Assembly (NCBI RefSeq): GCF_009914755.1
Contig: NC_060936.1
DNA length: 64,000 bases
Source: the human T2T-CHM13v2.0 reference genome, Homo sapiens
Reading direction: 5' to 3' (one strand)
The position numbers and the translations under genes are program-made. The notes under the pieces were generated by a model. The model was not told the DNA's origin. It saw nothing but the letters and a program-made list of their open reading frames with translations, and searched no databases. Shown in pieces: positions 1 through 13,785 of the stretch; within the stretch, counting starts at the first letter, position 1; every line of letters begins with the position of its first letter.

Positions 1-283
<283 letters not shown>

Positions 284-570
284 TCACTAGGCTAAGTGAG
301 GCTCTTCTTTATTCTTTTTCATCAATTCTCGTAAATTTCAGAGCCAAAATTCCCTCACTAAATGAAACAAGTACTTAATATTGGGGCTGATGTTTTAGAA
401 CAATGTAAAAATGACACAAGACAGGTTTAAGCATTGATCTAAATATTTTATAATTAATACTGAGTAAAAGACACTTAGGAAAATGTAAAACATCTTGACA
501 AGAAACATCCATACCAAACTGAGCCAAAATAGCTACCAGAGGTGCCAAAGACTTCAAACATTGTCATTAC

Positions 571-647
571 CTTCATTCTCTGCTCATTGACACGAGCTAA
601 TCGGGTTTCAGTTTTCTGAACAGCTATATCCCAATCTTCTAAAGAAC
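571..647 (-). CDS. SART3: SART3 exon 14 (GSLEDWDIAVQKTETRLARVNEQRMK); remaining exons (RRMs, LSm-binding tail) lie left of the window
   Basis: TCAAG acceptor, GTAATG donor, 77 nt, frame continues from exon 13. Confidence 0.94.
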
Positions 648-1184
648 CTTGAAAGAAAGAGAAGCAAAACTTTCACTCTTTAGGATTTTGAAGGATACAA
701 TCACATAAATTTTTCTTAATTTCTCTGTACCTCCAGAAGAGATCTCTCCCATCAAACAATAAGAAAATGTAATCCCTGTAGGCTTGAAGTTCAGAATTCA
801 AATAGTCCTTCTAAGTGGGTTTAAAATGTCCCTCTCCTTTCAGGAGAGACTTGAAAACCAGAATATGATCTATTAAGGGCTCTAAATGGCAAAGAATATG
901 AAAACGAACGTTCTAATGCAAAAGTACATTTATATTAAGACTGAAGAATTTTAAGAGCTACTCAAATGTTGAGGCATTTATTTCTTATTTTTTGGTGGTC
1001 TTTGATTGCCAGTTCTGAGGGGTCCATACCCAAAATCCAGACCAATACCCACAGATAAGTTCACATTATTTTTCTATTGGTTCTAGCTAACACTGAAGGC
1101 TCTGAAATTTAACAAGGGATGCAAAGGACACATTGAGCCATTTGCCTCTCCAAGCTCCTTTGTTGGATAGATGTTGTACTAGAG

Positions 1185-1370
1185 CACAGTGACTCTCAAA
1201 GGAGGGATCCTGCCCATCAAGAGACATTTGGCAATGTTAAGAGACATTTCTGGTTGTCATGTTTGGTTGTGGTGGTGAAGCTGCTACTGGCATTTCAGGG
1301 CTAGAAGCCAGGGATGCCCCTAAACATTGTATAACGCACAGTCCCCCCCACAAAGAATTAGAACCCTGTG
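1185..1370. mobile_element. MER20-like hAT DNA transposon fragment
   Basis: GACATTTGGCAATG...GACATTTCTGGTTGTCA...GCTACTGGCAT...AGGGATG signature. Confidence 0.75.
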
Positions 1371-1588
1371 CTACAGTGACATCACAGAGTCCTCCTTGTA
1401 GCTGCAGAATTTGAGAAGAGCTGCAGGAGGACTCATTTTCAGGACACTTGTGACAGTCTAATCATAGGGCACCACCTAAGGTGGCAGCATAAACACAGTC
1501 TGTCCCCAGACTGTAACCAGATGCTCCTACTTGAGACCAAACAGCAAATGGGTTAGGCTCCAAGCCAGAAGAGAGCTGGGGGTCCCAC

Positions 1589-1701
1589 CTTCTGTCCTCT
1601 CCATGGTGAGTAACACTTCGCAGACGTGCTCTGGGTAGTCACTGGTGCACTGGACGGCCCGGTGCAGAGCCTTCCGGCAGTGCTGGGTGTCACCATGAGC
1701 T
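1589..1701 (-). CDS. SART3: SART3 exon 13 (RAHGDTQHCRKALHRAVQCTSDYPEHVCEVLLTMERTE)
   Basis: ORF 1527..1739; CTTAG acceptor, GTGGGA donor, 113 nt. Confidence 0.96.
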
Positions 1702-2123
1702 CTAAGGCAGAAAACAAAAAGTTGCTGCCACCAGGACACAAAGTGGAAGGCACTCGAAGGGAGAGGCCGTCTTCTCCCAGGTAGAAACTCACTCTTCAGT
1801 AACTCTAGCTTCTGAGAAGACCTTAGCTTTCAGATCTATCCATGATGCTTTCTCCTTCCAGAGTCTCTACAGTCACCTACGAAGTATTTCCCTGAAGCAC
1901 TCTCTCCCTCAGCCATGTAGGGGCTACTGGAAAGTGTACCTGATATTGTGATCTGCAACCAGCATTCTGCCTTTACAGCATTCACATGTGCGGCACATGG
2001 CGGGGGAGTCCAACAGCTCTCTGTAACCTGATACAGTCCCCAGGGAAATTTTACTATGGCGTCCTACTGACAGGAGAGTTATGAATCCAGGGTAGTGTCA
2101 AATTTCATACCCAGAGTCAGATC

Positions 2124-2342
<219 letters not shown>

Positions 2343-2493
2343 ACAGATCCTTTTTGTACACTGCTAATCACAACAGCTACACAATTCTGCTAATCATAAC
2401 TGTTATGCAACAGTGTATTCATATTTGTTTTTAAAACATTTTAAATATACATAATTATATATACATATTATGATGCTCAGAATAAATTCAGAG

Positions 2494-3698
2494 CACTGGT
2501 TCTCAAAGTAAGATCCACGTACCCCTGAGGATCTCCCAGAGCCTCTCAGGGGCCCTGCAAAGTCAAAACTCCTTTTATAATAATACCAAGACATTACTGG
2601 ACTTTTTCACTGTGTTGACATCTTCAAGACAGTGCACAAGTAATGGTGGCCCTTAGCACAAATCAAGGCAGTAGAAATCTTTTTAATGCACTGTGTGATG
2701 AAATACTAAGTACACTTAAAGCCCTTCTGCATACTGAAGTACAATGGTTATTGCCAAAAAAAAAAAAAAAAAGCATATTACTGTTTGAGTTGCAAGCTAA
2801 TCAAGTCATTTTTTTCAAGGACACCATTTTTACTTGAAAGGAAACTTGAGTGACAAACCACGGTCAGTTACTCAGACCTGGGTATTTGGCAGACATTTTT
2901 GAAAATTAACAAAGTGAGGCTGCCACTCTGGGGAAAACCACTGACATTATTTGTTGCATGTGATAGAATTCAAGCTTTCAAGTGAAAATTAGAATTTTGG
3001 AAAACTTGTATCTGCCACCACAAGTCTGACAGCTTCCTACTTAAAATACTTTTCAACTAAGATCAATACAGATACGAACAAATACGATTTTTTAATACTA
3101 TAGGATGAAATATGTCAACATTGGAAGAGCTGCATGATTTAGTGAATTGGGATTTTTCCAAATAATGTCGTAGAATTGTGGCATCAAGTAAAAGATAAAA
3201 TAGACAAATGGGTATTACTGTAACAGACTCTGTCAATATGGTTTCAGATTCCACATGCAACACTGAAGTTTTGCTATAATATGTATGAAAGAAGAATACC
3301 CACAATTATCTGAAAATGCTTCTAAAATACCTTTCTTTCCTAACCTCTTCAATGAAAACAACAGATCACAACAGACAGAATCAGTAACAAACATGAGAAT
3401 TTAGCTGTCTTCTCCTAGGTCAGAATAATGTGCAAATAAATATATTTGCAAAAATAGAAAACACTGCCACTTTTCTCACTATATTATTTTGGGGTCTGGA
3501 AAACAGTCACTGCTCAAAAAAGATATTAATGTTAGATAATTTGTTATATTTAAATAAATTAAAATGTTTTTTAGATTTCTCAATTTATAAATTATAAATA
3601 TCAATAGATATAACTCACATACATAAAAGTTTTTTGGGATCCTCCAATTTTAAGAGTGGAAAATGGATCCTGAGACCAAAAAAATTGTGAACTGCAGA
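2494..3698. mobile_element. Charlie1-like hAT DNA transposon
   Basis: CAcTGGTTCTCAAAGT terminus, CAAAGTCAAAACT...ATAATAATACCAAGAC and CAGACCTGGGTATTTGGCAGACATTTT internal signatures. Confidence 0.7.
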
Positions 3699-3769
3699 TC
3701 TAGGGGGATATTCAACAAGCTTTAACAGTGGTTATCTCTGGGGTGGGATTGTAAGAAACTGTCACGTTT

Positions 3770-4040
3770 AGCCGGATATGGTGGCTCATGCCTGTAATTC
3801 CTACACTTTGGGAGGCCGAGGTAGGAGGATCACTTGAGGTCAGCATGACCTACATGGTGAAACTGTGCCTCTTCTAAAAAAAAAAAAAAATCCAAAAATT
3901 AGCCAGGTGTGGTGGTGCACGCCTGTAATCCCAGCTACTCAAGAGGCTGAGGCAGAAGAATTGCTCGAACCCAGGAGGCAAGGTTGCAGCTGAGACTGCA
4001 CCACTGCACTTCAGCCTGGGCAACAGAGTGAGACTCCCCA
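3770..4040 (+). mobile_element. Alu
   Basis: Alu dimer consensus. Confidence 0.9.
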
Positions 4041-4726
4041 CCTCCCCCGAAAAAAGAAAAGAAACTGTCGCTTTCTATCACATATTTTTGTAAATATTCT
4101 AATTTGGGCACACAGTGTTTTTTAAATAGGGAAAAAATCTTCAAAAAAGAAAACCCAGCAATGTAGCAATGTTATGCAATGAACAACGTTCAAGACAGAC
4201 TGAAAAGTTGGTCACATTCTTTATGTTTTCCCCATGTTATAAATATTGTTAGGCCTATCTTATTTCGTTCAAATAGTTTTAAAGGCTTGTAACACATGCA
4301 TGCTATAATTGCATTTTCATTACAAAAAAATTTAAACATAGAAAAGTCTCAAAGAATGGGTCATGGTTATGACTGGGTCAGTAATTTGAGTTTTTTTTCT
4401 CTTAGCTTTTTAGTATTTTCTACTTTTCTATAAAAGCAAATATAAAAAACAAATAGCTCCAAAAGGTCAAATAAAATATCATGCCCAAAAATCAAGACAA
4501 AAACAAATTAAAAGAAATGCATGGCTATAAGAGTTCCAGGCACAAAATATCATGTCTGGTTCTCTAGCCCTGCCCATTAAAAATGTACCCACTACTGAAA
4601 GAGACAGAATGAAAGAAAACAGCCCAGTTCTAAGGAGCTAGTCCAAGCTGGTAGGAGTCAGCCAGGAGTGAAGACAGGTGCACAGCTGACAAGCACTGCC
4701 TCCCTCCCCACCCCGAGATCAGTTAC

Positions 4727-4836
4727 CTTTCCAGGTTGTAATACTCTAGCCACATGTTGGCGTACTTGGCATTTCCTCTGGTCATGATGCTATCCCAGAG
4801 TTCCCGAGCTTTCTGCATGTTATTGCACAGTCGAGC
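4727..4836 (-). CDS. SART3: SART3 exon 12 (ARLCNNMQKARELWDSIMTRGNAKYANMWLEYYNLE)
   Basis: TTTAG acceptor, GTAACT donor, 110 nt. Confidence 0.95.
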
Positions 4837-5881
4837 CTAAAGTGCATCAGCAGGCTGTTAGGAGACCTGAACCTTATGACGTCGACACCCATCATACAAC
4901 ACACTTCCAACAGACACACATAAAAAGCACCCCACAACTATTAGTGTTACAGATGTCCCTGGGCATTCCCCAGGCCTCCCTCCAGTGGTAAACGACCCAG
5001 CCCAAACACTTGAGCCTTTCTGCAGCCACAAGCTAATCTACTTATGTTTCCTGAGAACCGAGAGAGGGAGCGCACGGTACTTACTCGACAGTACTAGATA
5101 GTCACGTTTTTTATTTTTATCAAGCTTAACTACAAGTGTTTGAGAGACAATGTTAAAAAAAAAAAAAAGACTGATCTAGTATTAAATGCACACTCTGCTA
5201 CTAATACTTACAAACTGTGACTTGGGCAAATTACTTAACCTGTAATTCTCAGTTTTCTCATCTTTAAAATGGTTAAAAGATAAGCATCCCATATAAAAAC
5301 TACCTGACAAATGTTAGTTTCTTCTATCTGACGCTCCCTCCGAGGAGAAAACATGATTAGAATTGTTACAATCCTACCTGCTGATCAAGGGAGGTTCCGT
5401 GTCTTACTGACCTTGGTGTCCCTGACCCAGTAATGACATTCAAGTCATCATATCCTCTAATTACTTGTCAAATCATCTGTCTTCTACATTAGATAGAAGC
5501 CTTACTAGCAAAGGAATTTTATCTGTCTTATTCCCACAGCACCTAGTACAGTGCTGACAAACAGTACACGCTCACTGTGCTCTCACAAATGAAGCAAAGA
5601 GGCAGAGACAGAAGTAAACGAGTGAATACCTAGCATCTAAACATTTACTGCACAACTTCTAGCTGGGAGCTAATATTTTCACCAACATATTTACAAATAT
5701 GTGTCAAGCTAGGTAAATAACATGAATCCTTGTGGAGCCTAGACCATTACCTAGGTAATAACATAAATCCTTATAGAGCTTAGGCCATTATCTGGGATTC
5801 TGACTCAATTTTAATTAAAGTTTAATAGGATGCTATTAAACAATGATGGATGAAAGTGCTAGATGTGTCAAAAACATTTAC

Positions 5882-5940
5882 CTCAATCCTAGCCCAGTTC
5901 TGCATAATCACGCAGCTTGGATCACCACTCTCATTGAAAC
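5882..5940 (-). CDS. SART3: SART3 exon 11 (RFNESGDPSCVIMQNWARIE)
   Basis: TGAAG acceptor, GTAAAT donor, 59 nt. Confidence 0.95.
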
Positions 5941-6075
5941 CTTCAAAAACAGAATTAGTAAAATTAGAAAGGAACTTGGAGACAGATAGTCGCTGGCTGA
6001 AAAGGTACATCAACCAGGAAATAGTACAGACAAGGAAATACAACTGGGCAAAACCACAGGCTGGGGCATACTTAC

Positions 6076-6153
6076 GCTCTTCCACCTCCTGCTTCAGATA
6101 CTCCAAGGCACGAGTAAAGGCGGCCCTCAACTCCTCCAGCTCTTTACTGGAGT
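6076..6153 (-). CDS. SART3: SART3 exon 10 (DSSKELEELRAAFTRALEYLKQEVEE)
   Basis: ORF 5822..6169; GTTAG acceptor, GTAAGT donor, 78 nt. Confidence 0.96.
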
Positions 6154-6855
6154 CTAACGGAAAGTGCAAAAAAAGGCTTTAGGAAACCACATAGCCTGGC
6201 TTTGTTTTATTTTTTATCCTATGCTGAAACTGCCTGGAGACCCACTATGTACCTGGCATCATGCAAGGGACACAGAAATAAAATTGCCAATTCCTGCCCT
6301 CATCACATAGTTGGGGAGAAAGAAATTTGAACAGAATAGAGCATGGACAGCGTGGTGAAAAAGGCAAACACAGGGTGCTGTGGGGGGGAGTCTCCCCCAG
6401 CTGGGGTGACACAGGCAAACAACAGAATGGCTAAAGGCTACCTGTATGAGGTGACAGCTGACATGAGTGTGCAAGTACAAGTTAGGGGTTTTCTGGTTGT
6501 TTTCGGGGGGACATGAAGGGGCAAAGGATCCCACAGAGGTACAAAGATTTTTCTAAAACACAGCAGTCTTATTTCAAGAAGTATTTAGGATAAATAAAAA
6601 GACCTGAAAGGAGAAATGAGAGCTAAGACTAAAAAGGCTGGCAGGAGCCAGTATAAACGATTACTCTCTTGCTTTACAATCCACATCATGACTTGTTAAA
6701 GACAGAAATTGCTAAGATTTCTGGGGGAAAAAGTCACCAATACCTAGTCTACATCATTTGCCCAATCACAATGTATCTGGGGAACTGGGACATCTCGCCA
6801 AAAGTTGTATTAAGAACATGTTCAGCTCTAAAGTGAAAAACATGTGCTTAAATAC

Positions 6856-6963
6856 CTTGTTTGAAATCAACCCTTCTCCTCAGGTAATCAAGGTATGCCT
6901 GCCAAATCTCCACATAATCAGTGGCCTGGATGAAGCCGGCATTCAAAGCTTTCTCGAAGGTTA
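6856..6963 (-). CDS. SART3: SART3 exon 9 (VTFEKALNAGFIQATDYVEIWQAYLDYLRRRVDFKQ)
   Basis: TCCAG acceptor, GTATTT donor, 108 nt. Confidence 0.95.
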
Positions 6964-7432
6964 CTGGAGTTGGAGAAAAGTCAGGATTTGTTACCAATTC
7001 AAATGGAAACTAATAGAAAGTCACTACATTCTACTGACTATAAAACACTACATGACTTTAAAGACTAATAGATGCAACAGAATGAAATGAGCTAGACAGG
7101 AATGTTGAAGACAGAAGTTGCTACAGCACTCTACAGACTGTGTTCTAGAAAAAACTTCTTCCACAAGACGCCCTGCAAGAAAAGTTCCAGATCAAGGAAG
7201 TTTGGAGAAAACACTACAACTTCTTAGAAAATACAATGAATATTAGCATGTTAAAAAGCTCTAAGAAGCCACAAATATAACCAGTTCATCTCTCACTCAG
7301 AGCCCTTTTTGTCACTACACTCCATAACCCAAAGAAAACCCCAGGGAACACTGATGTAATGACTTTGTCAACGCTCTCTGTTTTTCACTTGGGACAAATA
7401 GCTTAGAAGTTCTCCCACAAAAACATCCGCAC

Positions 7433-7571
7433 CAGAAATTACTTGATGATCAACTCCATGTCTCTCCATGGCCAAGAGGTACCGACTCCATAAGGCAACT
7501 GTCCAGGGGCAGTTTCTAATAGCGCGGTTATGTACAGATAAAACCAAATCCTTTACTTTCAGTTGTCGATC
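7433..7571 (-). CDS. SART3: SART3 exon 8 (DRQLKVKDLVLSVHNRAIRNCPWTVALWSRYLLAMERHGVDHQVIS)
   Basis: CATAG acceptor, GTGCGG donor, 139 nt. Confidence 0.95.
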
Positions 7572-8301
7572 CTATGATAAAGAATTCCAGAGTTAGGAAA
7601 TTACACTTTATTAAGCATTCACCATCAACAAGACATTGCCAGCATGACCAAGTGATGAAAGAAATGTCCTTATAAACATCTCTTGTGACCTAGTTTCCTC
7701 AACAACAACAAAAAAATCACTAAGGGGAGTGGAGGAGAAGGAGAGGAGCAACTTACAGGTTAAAACAGCCTTAAAAGACGTCAGCCAACCCTACTGGATA
7801 GACCTCATTTGGATCCTTTTATACAGACACACTGAAATATTTTATATACACATACTGAAATATTTACCAACGAAATATCATTTCTGGATTTGCTTCAAAG
7901 TAACACAGAAGGGACAAGTAGGTGAGACTACAGATCAAAGTAAACTAAAGCTATAAATGTTACTAATTGTTGAAGCTGGGTGAGGGGTACAGAAGTTTCA
8001 TTTTACTGATCTGTCTACTTTTATATGTTTACATTTTTGCCATAATAAAAAGTTAAAAGAAAAATATCAATTTGTTATAAGTCCTCAACACAGACAATAT
8101 GCTCATTTTACTTACAGTTAGTGACCATTTTTAAATAACTTGAAACACTAAAACTTTCTAAACGAGTTGGCAAAGAGGAGAAAAAGCAGATGGAGGAAAA
8201 GCAAGAGTAGGGCCGTATGCAACAAACTCCTGGCACTCTTACTGATTTTAAGTAGATTCTAAATTGGCAAAAATAAAATGAAATTAGAACAGTGATCTTA
8301 C

Positions 8302-8457
8302 TAGGTACTGACTGTAACGGATCCATAAGTCTGGGACAAGGCAGTTCTCGACCAGGGCGCGCTCAAAGATCAACTGAATGCGAGCAGGATCGCCAATTTT
8401 CATCTCAAAATCGATATATGCTTGATATTCTGCCAGCCTTGGTGCCTCTGCCTGCAA
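8302..8457 (-). CDS. SART3: SART3 exon 7 (LQAEAPRLAEYQAYIDFEMKIGDPARIQLIFERALVENCLVPDLWIRYSQYL)
   Basis: TCCAG acceptor, GTAAGA donor, 156 nt. Confidence 0.95.
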
Positions 8458-10492
8458 CTGGAGTACAGGAAAATTGTATTGAATTTAGTTACTGGCAGGA
8501 AGCACAATACATCTGCAAATAAAATAAATTTTGGCAAAACTGGCTACAGTAACTATGAATCGCCAAATCCTCACTCTCAGAACCACTCCACTATGGCCTC
8601 TACAACTTCTTGAGCAAAACAAGAGTCTTCTCATCTGGTCCAAAGTGCCAGTTCATGGCAGTCGCTACAAAGGCTCCATAAACTCTTTTCTAAATCCATT
8701 CCTAGACCACAGGGAATTAAGTAGCCCATCAATCAGGAACTGAGTGAAAGAGCAACACCTTTGCCAGTGACCACTGTCAACCACCCTTCCAAACCAGAAG
8801 TCATGTTCTTGGGCTACTGAGTAGAGTTAATACAACCAAACTGGAAAATTTTGGTGCCTGATGCTATTTCAGGTTTCTTATTCCAAATATCAGTTCCTGG
8901 AAGAATGTAGATAAATGCAGAAGATGAAGGCAGCTGTGCTGAATGTTTAATGATCCAAAGACATACAATCAAATTCTTTTTAGAAAAAAATCTTATTCGA
9001 CATGTTTTCTCTTCAGGCACATTTTGCTGATGGCCATGACATAATTGAATGATCGAAGTTTTGGGAAGCACAGGTACATGCAAATCATTTACACATGAAA
9101 AAGAAAGGATGAAGCAGTGCAGGAGAGTAAGAGAACACACAGACTCCATATGTAGAAAGGGGATGTTTCAGGGCCTCCATTTCCAGTAACGAGGAAGAAT
9201 TAGTTACCCAGACACACTGTACCATTCAAAACAACTAAAACTGCTAAATTAAATATAATATCTTCTTAAAAGTCATCAACAAACTGGCAAAGAAACAAGA
9301 AATACTAAGGACTAAGGACAAAATCTAAATGAGGGTGGCAAGCTAAGTAAACATTAACCTTTTGCTGGCTTGACGTATATTAAGAATCTGACCTTCACAA
9401 TCCTATTGTTGGCAAAGAAAGATAGAAAAAAAGAGTCAAGAAGCCCAAAAAACTTCAAGCCAGTCCACACATGGACCTACTGCAGTGAAATTAGAGGACA
9501 GCAAACCAAATCAATGAGATCTTAAAAAGCAGTCAGACAAAAAAGTGACTACCTCTGAAGAAGCAAGATTTATACAAACCGCTGACTTCTCAACAGCAAC
9601 AACAGACATCAGAAGACAGAAAGATACAATCAATTGCTGAGAGGACACATTGTCCGTCTAGAATTCTTTTGCTGTTGTCGGTCTAGAATTCTATAGCCTA
9701 AGAAAATAATTTTCAAGAAGGGAAGCAAAGACCTTTTTGAACACAGAAAATCTGTTACCAGCAAATCTCCCTCGCAGGGGACTCTAAAGGTCAAGTGTTG
9801 AAGACACTGGACAAATTTATAATATTATTATAAAGCTTTACAGAAAGACAAGATATAAGTAGCAGAAACCTATATATGTTCATAGATTGGAAGATGTAAA
9901 TTATTCCCCAAATTGATCTCCAGGTTCAATGCAATTCCAATTAAAAAAAAAAGATTTTAAAAATATAACTAGAAAAGCTGATTCTAAATCCGATGGAAGC
10001 ATTGAAGGCAAAAAAAAAAAAAAGCCAAGATCCTCTTGAAGAGGAAAAAGGTGGATGGGACTCACCCTATCCAAGAGCAAAACATTATAACTCTCATCAT
10101 TACAACAGTGTAACATAAACCAGTGGGACAGAACAGAAAATCCAGAAGAAAGACCCACACATAAATGGACAGCTAATCTATGACAGATGTGGCACTGCAC
10201 ATCAGTGAGGGGAAGAAGGAATGATCAAACTCAGTACTAGAACAACTGGTTCTCCATATGGAAAAATGAAACCAGACGCAGTCTCATACCACTCAAAAAT
10301 CAATCCCAGGTGGATGAGGGCCTAAATATGAAACAGAAAACTATAAAACTTTTAGAAGAAATTAGAGCTAAGTAGGGAATATTTTTTAAATAAGCACAAC
10401 AAAAGCACAACTAAAAGGGAAAGAATTTTAATCTAATTGATCACTAAGAACTGTTCATCAAAAGACACTGTTAAAAAATAAAAAAGTGAAAA

Positions 10493-10782
10493 GGCAGTTG
10501 CAGTGACTCACGCCTGTAATCCCAGCCCTTTGGGAGGCTGAGGCAGGTGAATCACCTGAGGTCAGGAGTATGAGACCAGCCTGGCCAACATGGCGAAACC
10601 CCGTCTCTACTAAAAATACAAAAATTAGCGGGGCTTGGTGACAAGGGCCTATAATCCCAGCTAATTGGGAGGCTGAGGCAGGAGAATCGCTTGAACCTGG
10701 CGGGGCGGAAGTTGCAGTGAGCCGAGATCACGCCACTTCACTCCAGCCTGGGTGAAAGCGAAACTCCAGTCTCAAAAAAAAA
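10493..10782 (+). mobile_element. Alu (S-type)
   Basis: Alu dimer flanked by AAGTGAAAAG target-site duplication. Confidence 0.93.
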
Positions 10783-10839
10783 GAAGTGAAAAGACAAACA
10801 ACTGGGGAGAAAATCTGCAACACATACAGCCTAAAATAA

Positions 10840-11505
<666 letters not shown>

Positions 11506-12386
11506 TGAACACTTTAACACGCACAAAAATTTGAATGGCCAATCCACGTGAAAAGATGCTCAACTTCATTAGTAACCAAGAAAATACAAATTAAAACTAC
11601 AATTTCAAATTCATCAAATTAAGTAAAATTTAAGTATGACCAATATCCAAGATTGGCACAAGCAACGAGAACTCTCAGATACTGCTCACAGCAGTGCAAA
11701 CTGATAACCTGGAAAACACTTTAACATCACCCTATGATCCAGCAAAGTCATTCCTAAGTACGTATTCTAGAGAAACTCTTTTTCATGTGTACAAGGAGAT
11801 ACACACAAGAATGTTCAGAGTGGCGCTGCTCCTTCTCCTAGCAAAAACCTGGAAATGACCCAACTATCCAGCAACATGGATAAATACATCGCAGTACACA
11901 GACAACTTTACAGCAGTGAAAACAAATGCACCGGAGTTATACTTAGCAACATGAGTAAAACCCAAAAGCATGTTCAATGAAAATAAAATATACAGCATGA
12001 TTCCAATATACAAAAGTTCAAAAGCAAGCAAAATTAAACAATATATTAATTAAGGATACTTTCATAGCTTGTAAAACTATAAAGAAAAGCAAGGGAATGA
12101 TTATCACAAAAGTCAGGAAAGTGATTACCTCTCGGGAGAGGGAGGAGGAGGCAATCGGAGAGGGGCACATAGGAGACTTCTAAGGTACTGGCAATGTTCT
12201 ATTTCTTAACCTGGGTGGTAGGTACATGGATGTTCACTTTATTATTAGTATGTAAACTGTACGTATACATTTATACACTCTATATATTTCAGAATAAAAC
12301 ATTTTAAAGATACTGTTTAACTCGCAACTATCCATCAGGGAAAGGTTTGTAGAGAGACGTTTACTATAAAAGAAGCCAACACTTAC

Positions 12387-12511
12387 CAGTGCTTCTTCAT
12401 AGGGTTTATATTTCTCCAGCTGCTGTAGTGCTTTGTTATAGTTCTGAATTACTGACTCTGGTATTGGGTCTTCTGACCATTCTTCATACTCTGCAAATGT
12501 GGCCTCCATAT
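12387..12511 (-). CDS. SART3: SART3 exon 6 (DMEATFAEYEEWSEDPIPESVIQNYNKALQQLEKYKPYEEAL)
   Basis: ORF 12234..12509; AATAG acceptor, GTAAGT donor, 125 nt. Confidence 0.96.
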
Positions 12512-12754
12512 CTATTGAAAGATGGATTCAGCCCCGTGGGTCTTGCCATTGGGCTTTATCAACCCAAACACAGATTAAGCCATGAGACTCAGGTGCCACT
12601 AGCCCCTCCCACATCTGTGGCATGGCAGCTCTTACTGATCAAATTCTGATTTCTGCTGAGCCCAAACCTGTCTGTAGAATCTGTCTTAAAACAATGTCCC
12701 AGGCAACCCTCCCAGCTAATTAATCAGTCAATGACACTAGTGGCAACGATTTAA

Positions 12755-12965
12755 CAACACTTACCCAGTGTTACCTATGTTCTACCACTTCACATCCACT
12801 AACTCATTCAGTCATCCCACTCTACAAGGTAGTCTATTGTGATCCTCATTTTGCAGTTGAGGAAACTGAAGCAGAGGGTTCAGTTGCTCGTCTACAGTTA
12901 ATGGTAGAGCAAGGCTGTGAACCCAAGCAGTCTGGCTCAAGTTCGCACTCTAATCATTATGCTAG
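12755..12965. mobile_element. MIR SINE
   Basis: CCTCATTTTGCAGTTGAGGAAACTGAAGCAGAG core. Confidence 0.75.
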
Positions 12966-13785
12966 GTTGTTTCACGCTGGTAGGTGAAATCTGCAAGCCG
13001 GCTCAGCTCTAGTGTTTTCTGCATGATACCCAACCATTTGATTAGACGACTACTTTATAACTTGTTAAATCCAATAAACCATGAAGAGAAATAACATGTG
13101 GGCTCCAGTAAAGTTGCCCAGAGGTTCTGAGTATGTACAACACATGCCCGTGTCTAGGGAACAAACACAACAGCCATGACAAACTCTTCCCATACTCAGA
13201 AAAATCCTCCCAGCACGCACACACTCATAGCTCCAAAGACTCAAAGGCTTAGATTGCCAAAATGTATTTACCAAATAAGGAAACTCTTTACCAAACCCCA
13301 AGAAACTCACTTATGAGTACTTCCAATCAACTGCACTTCTGAACCAAATCCCTCCCATAGAGGAATGATCTAAACTCATGTAAAATTCCTGCTGTTATGG
13401 AAGAGGTTACTTGTGAAGAGAAAATGATTATAATGGAACTCTTGTTCAATGAAGTTTCCCCAAAAAATACAGGTGTCATTCACTATTCCTTTCAGAGACC
13501 CTATCTCTGCCTTTCCAACTAGGTCTCAAAGGAGAAAAGAGCTCTCACCTGGGAGTCAGGGAGTCTGGCTTCCAGTCCTGCCTCTGACCCTCACAACCCT
13601 CTTAAGCACTAACATTCAAGATGTTTTTACCAAGGACCTCATCCAAAGAGACAATATCCAAGGAGAGTAAGAACACCAGCTTTACCTGCCTCACAGGATG
13701 GTGGGAAAGGTCTAACTACATGTTGTTCCCCAAAGCATTTTAAAAACCATAGAGGGCTGGCTGTTGACATGTCAGTTTCTCTTAC

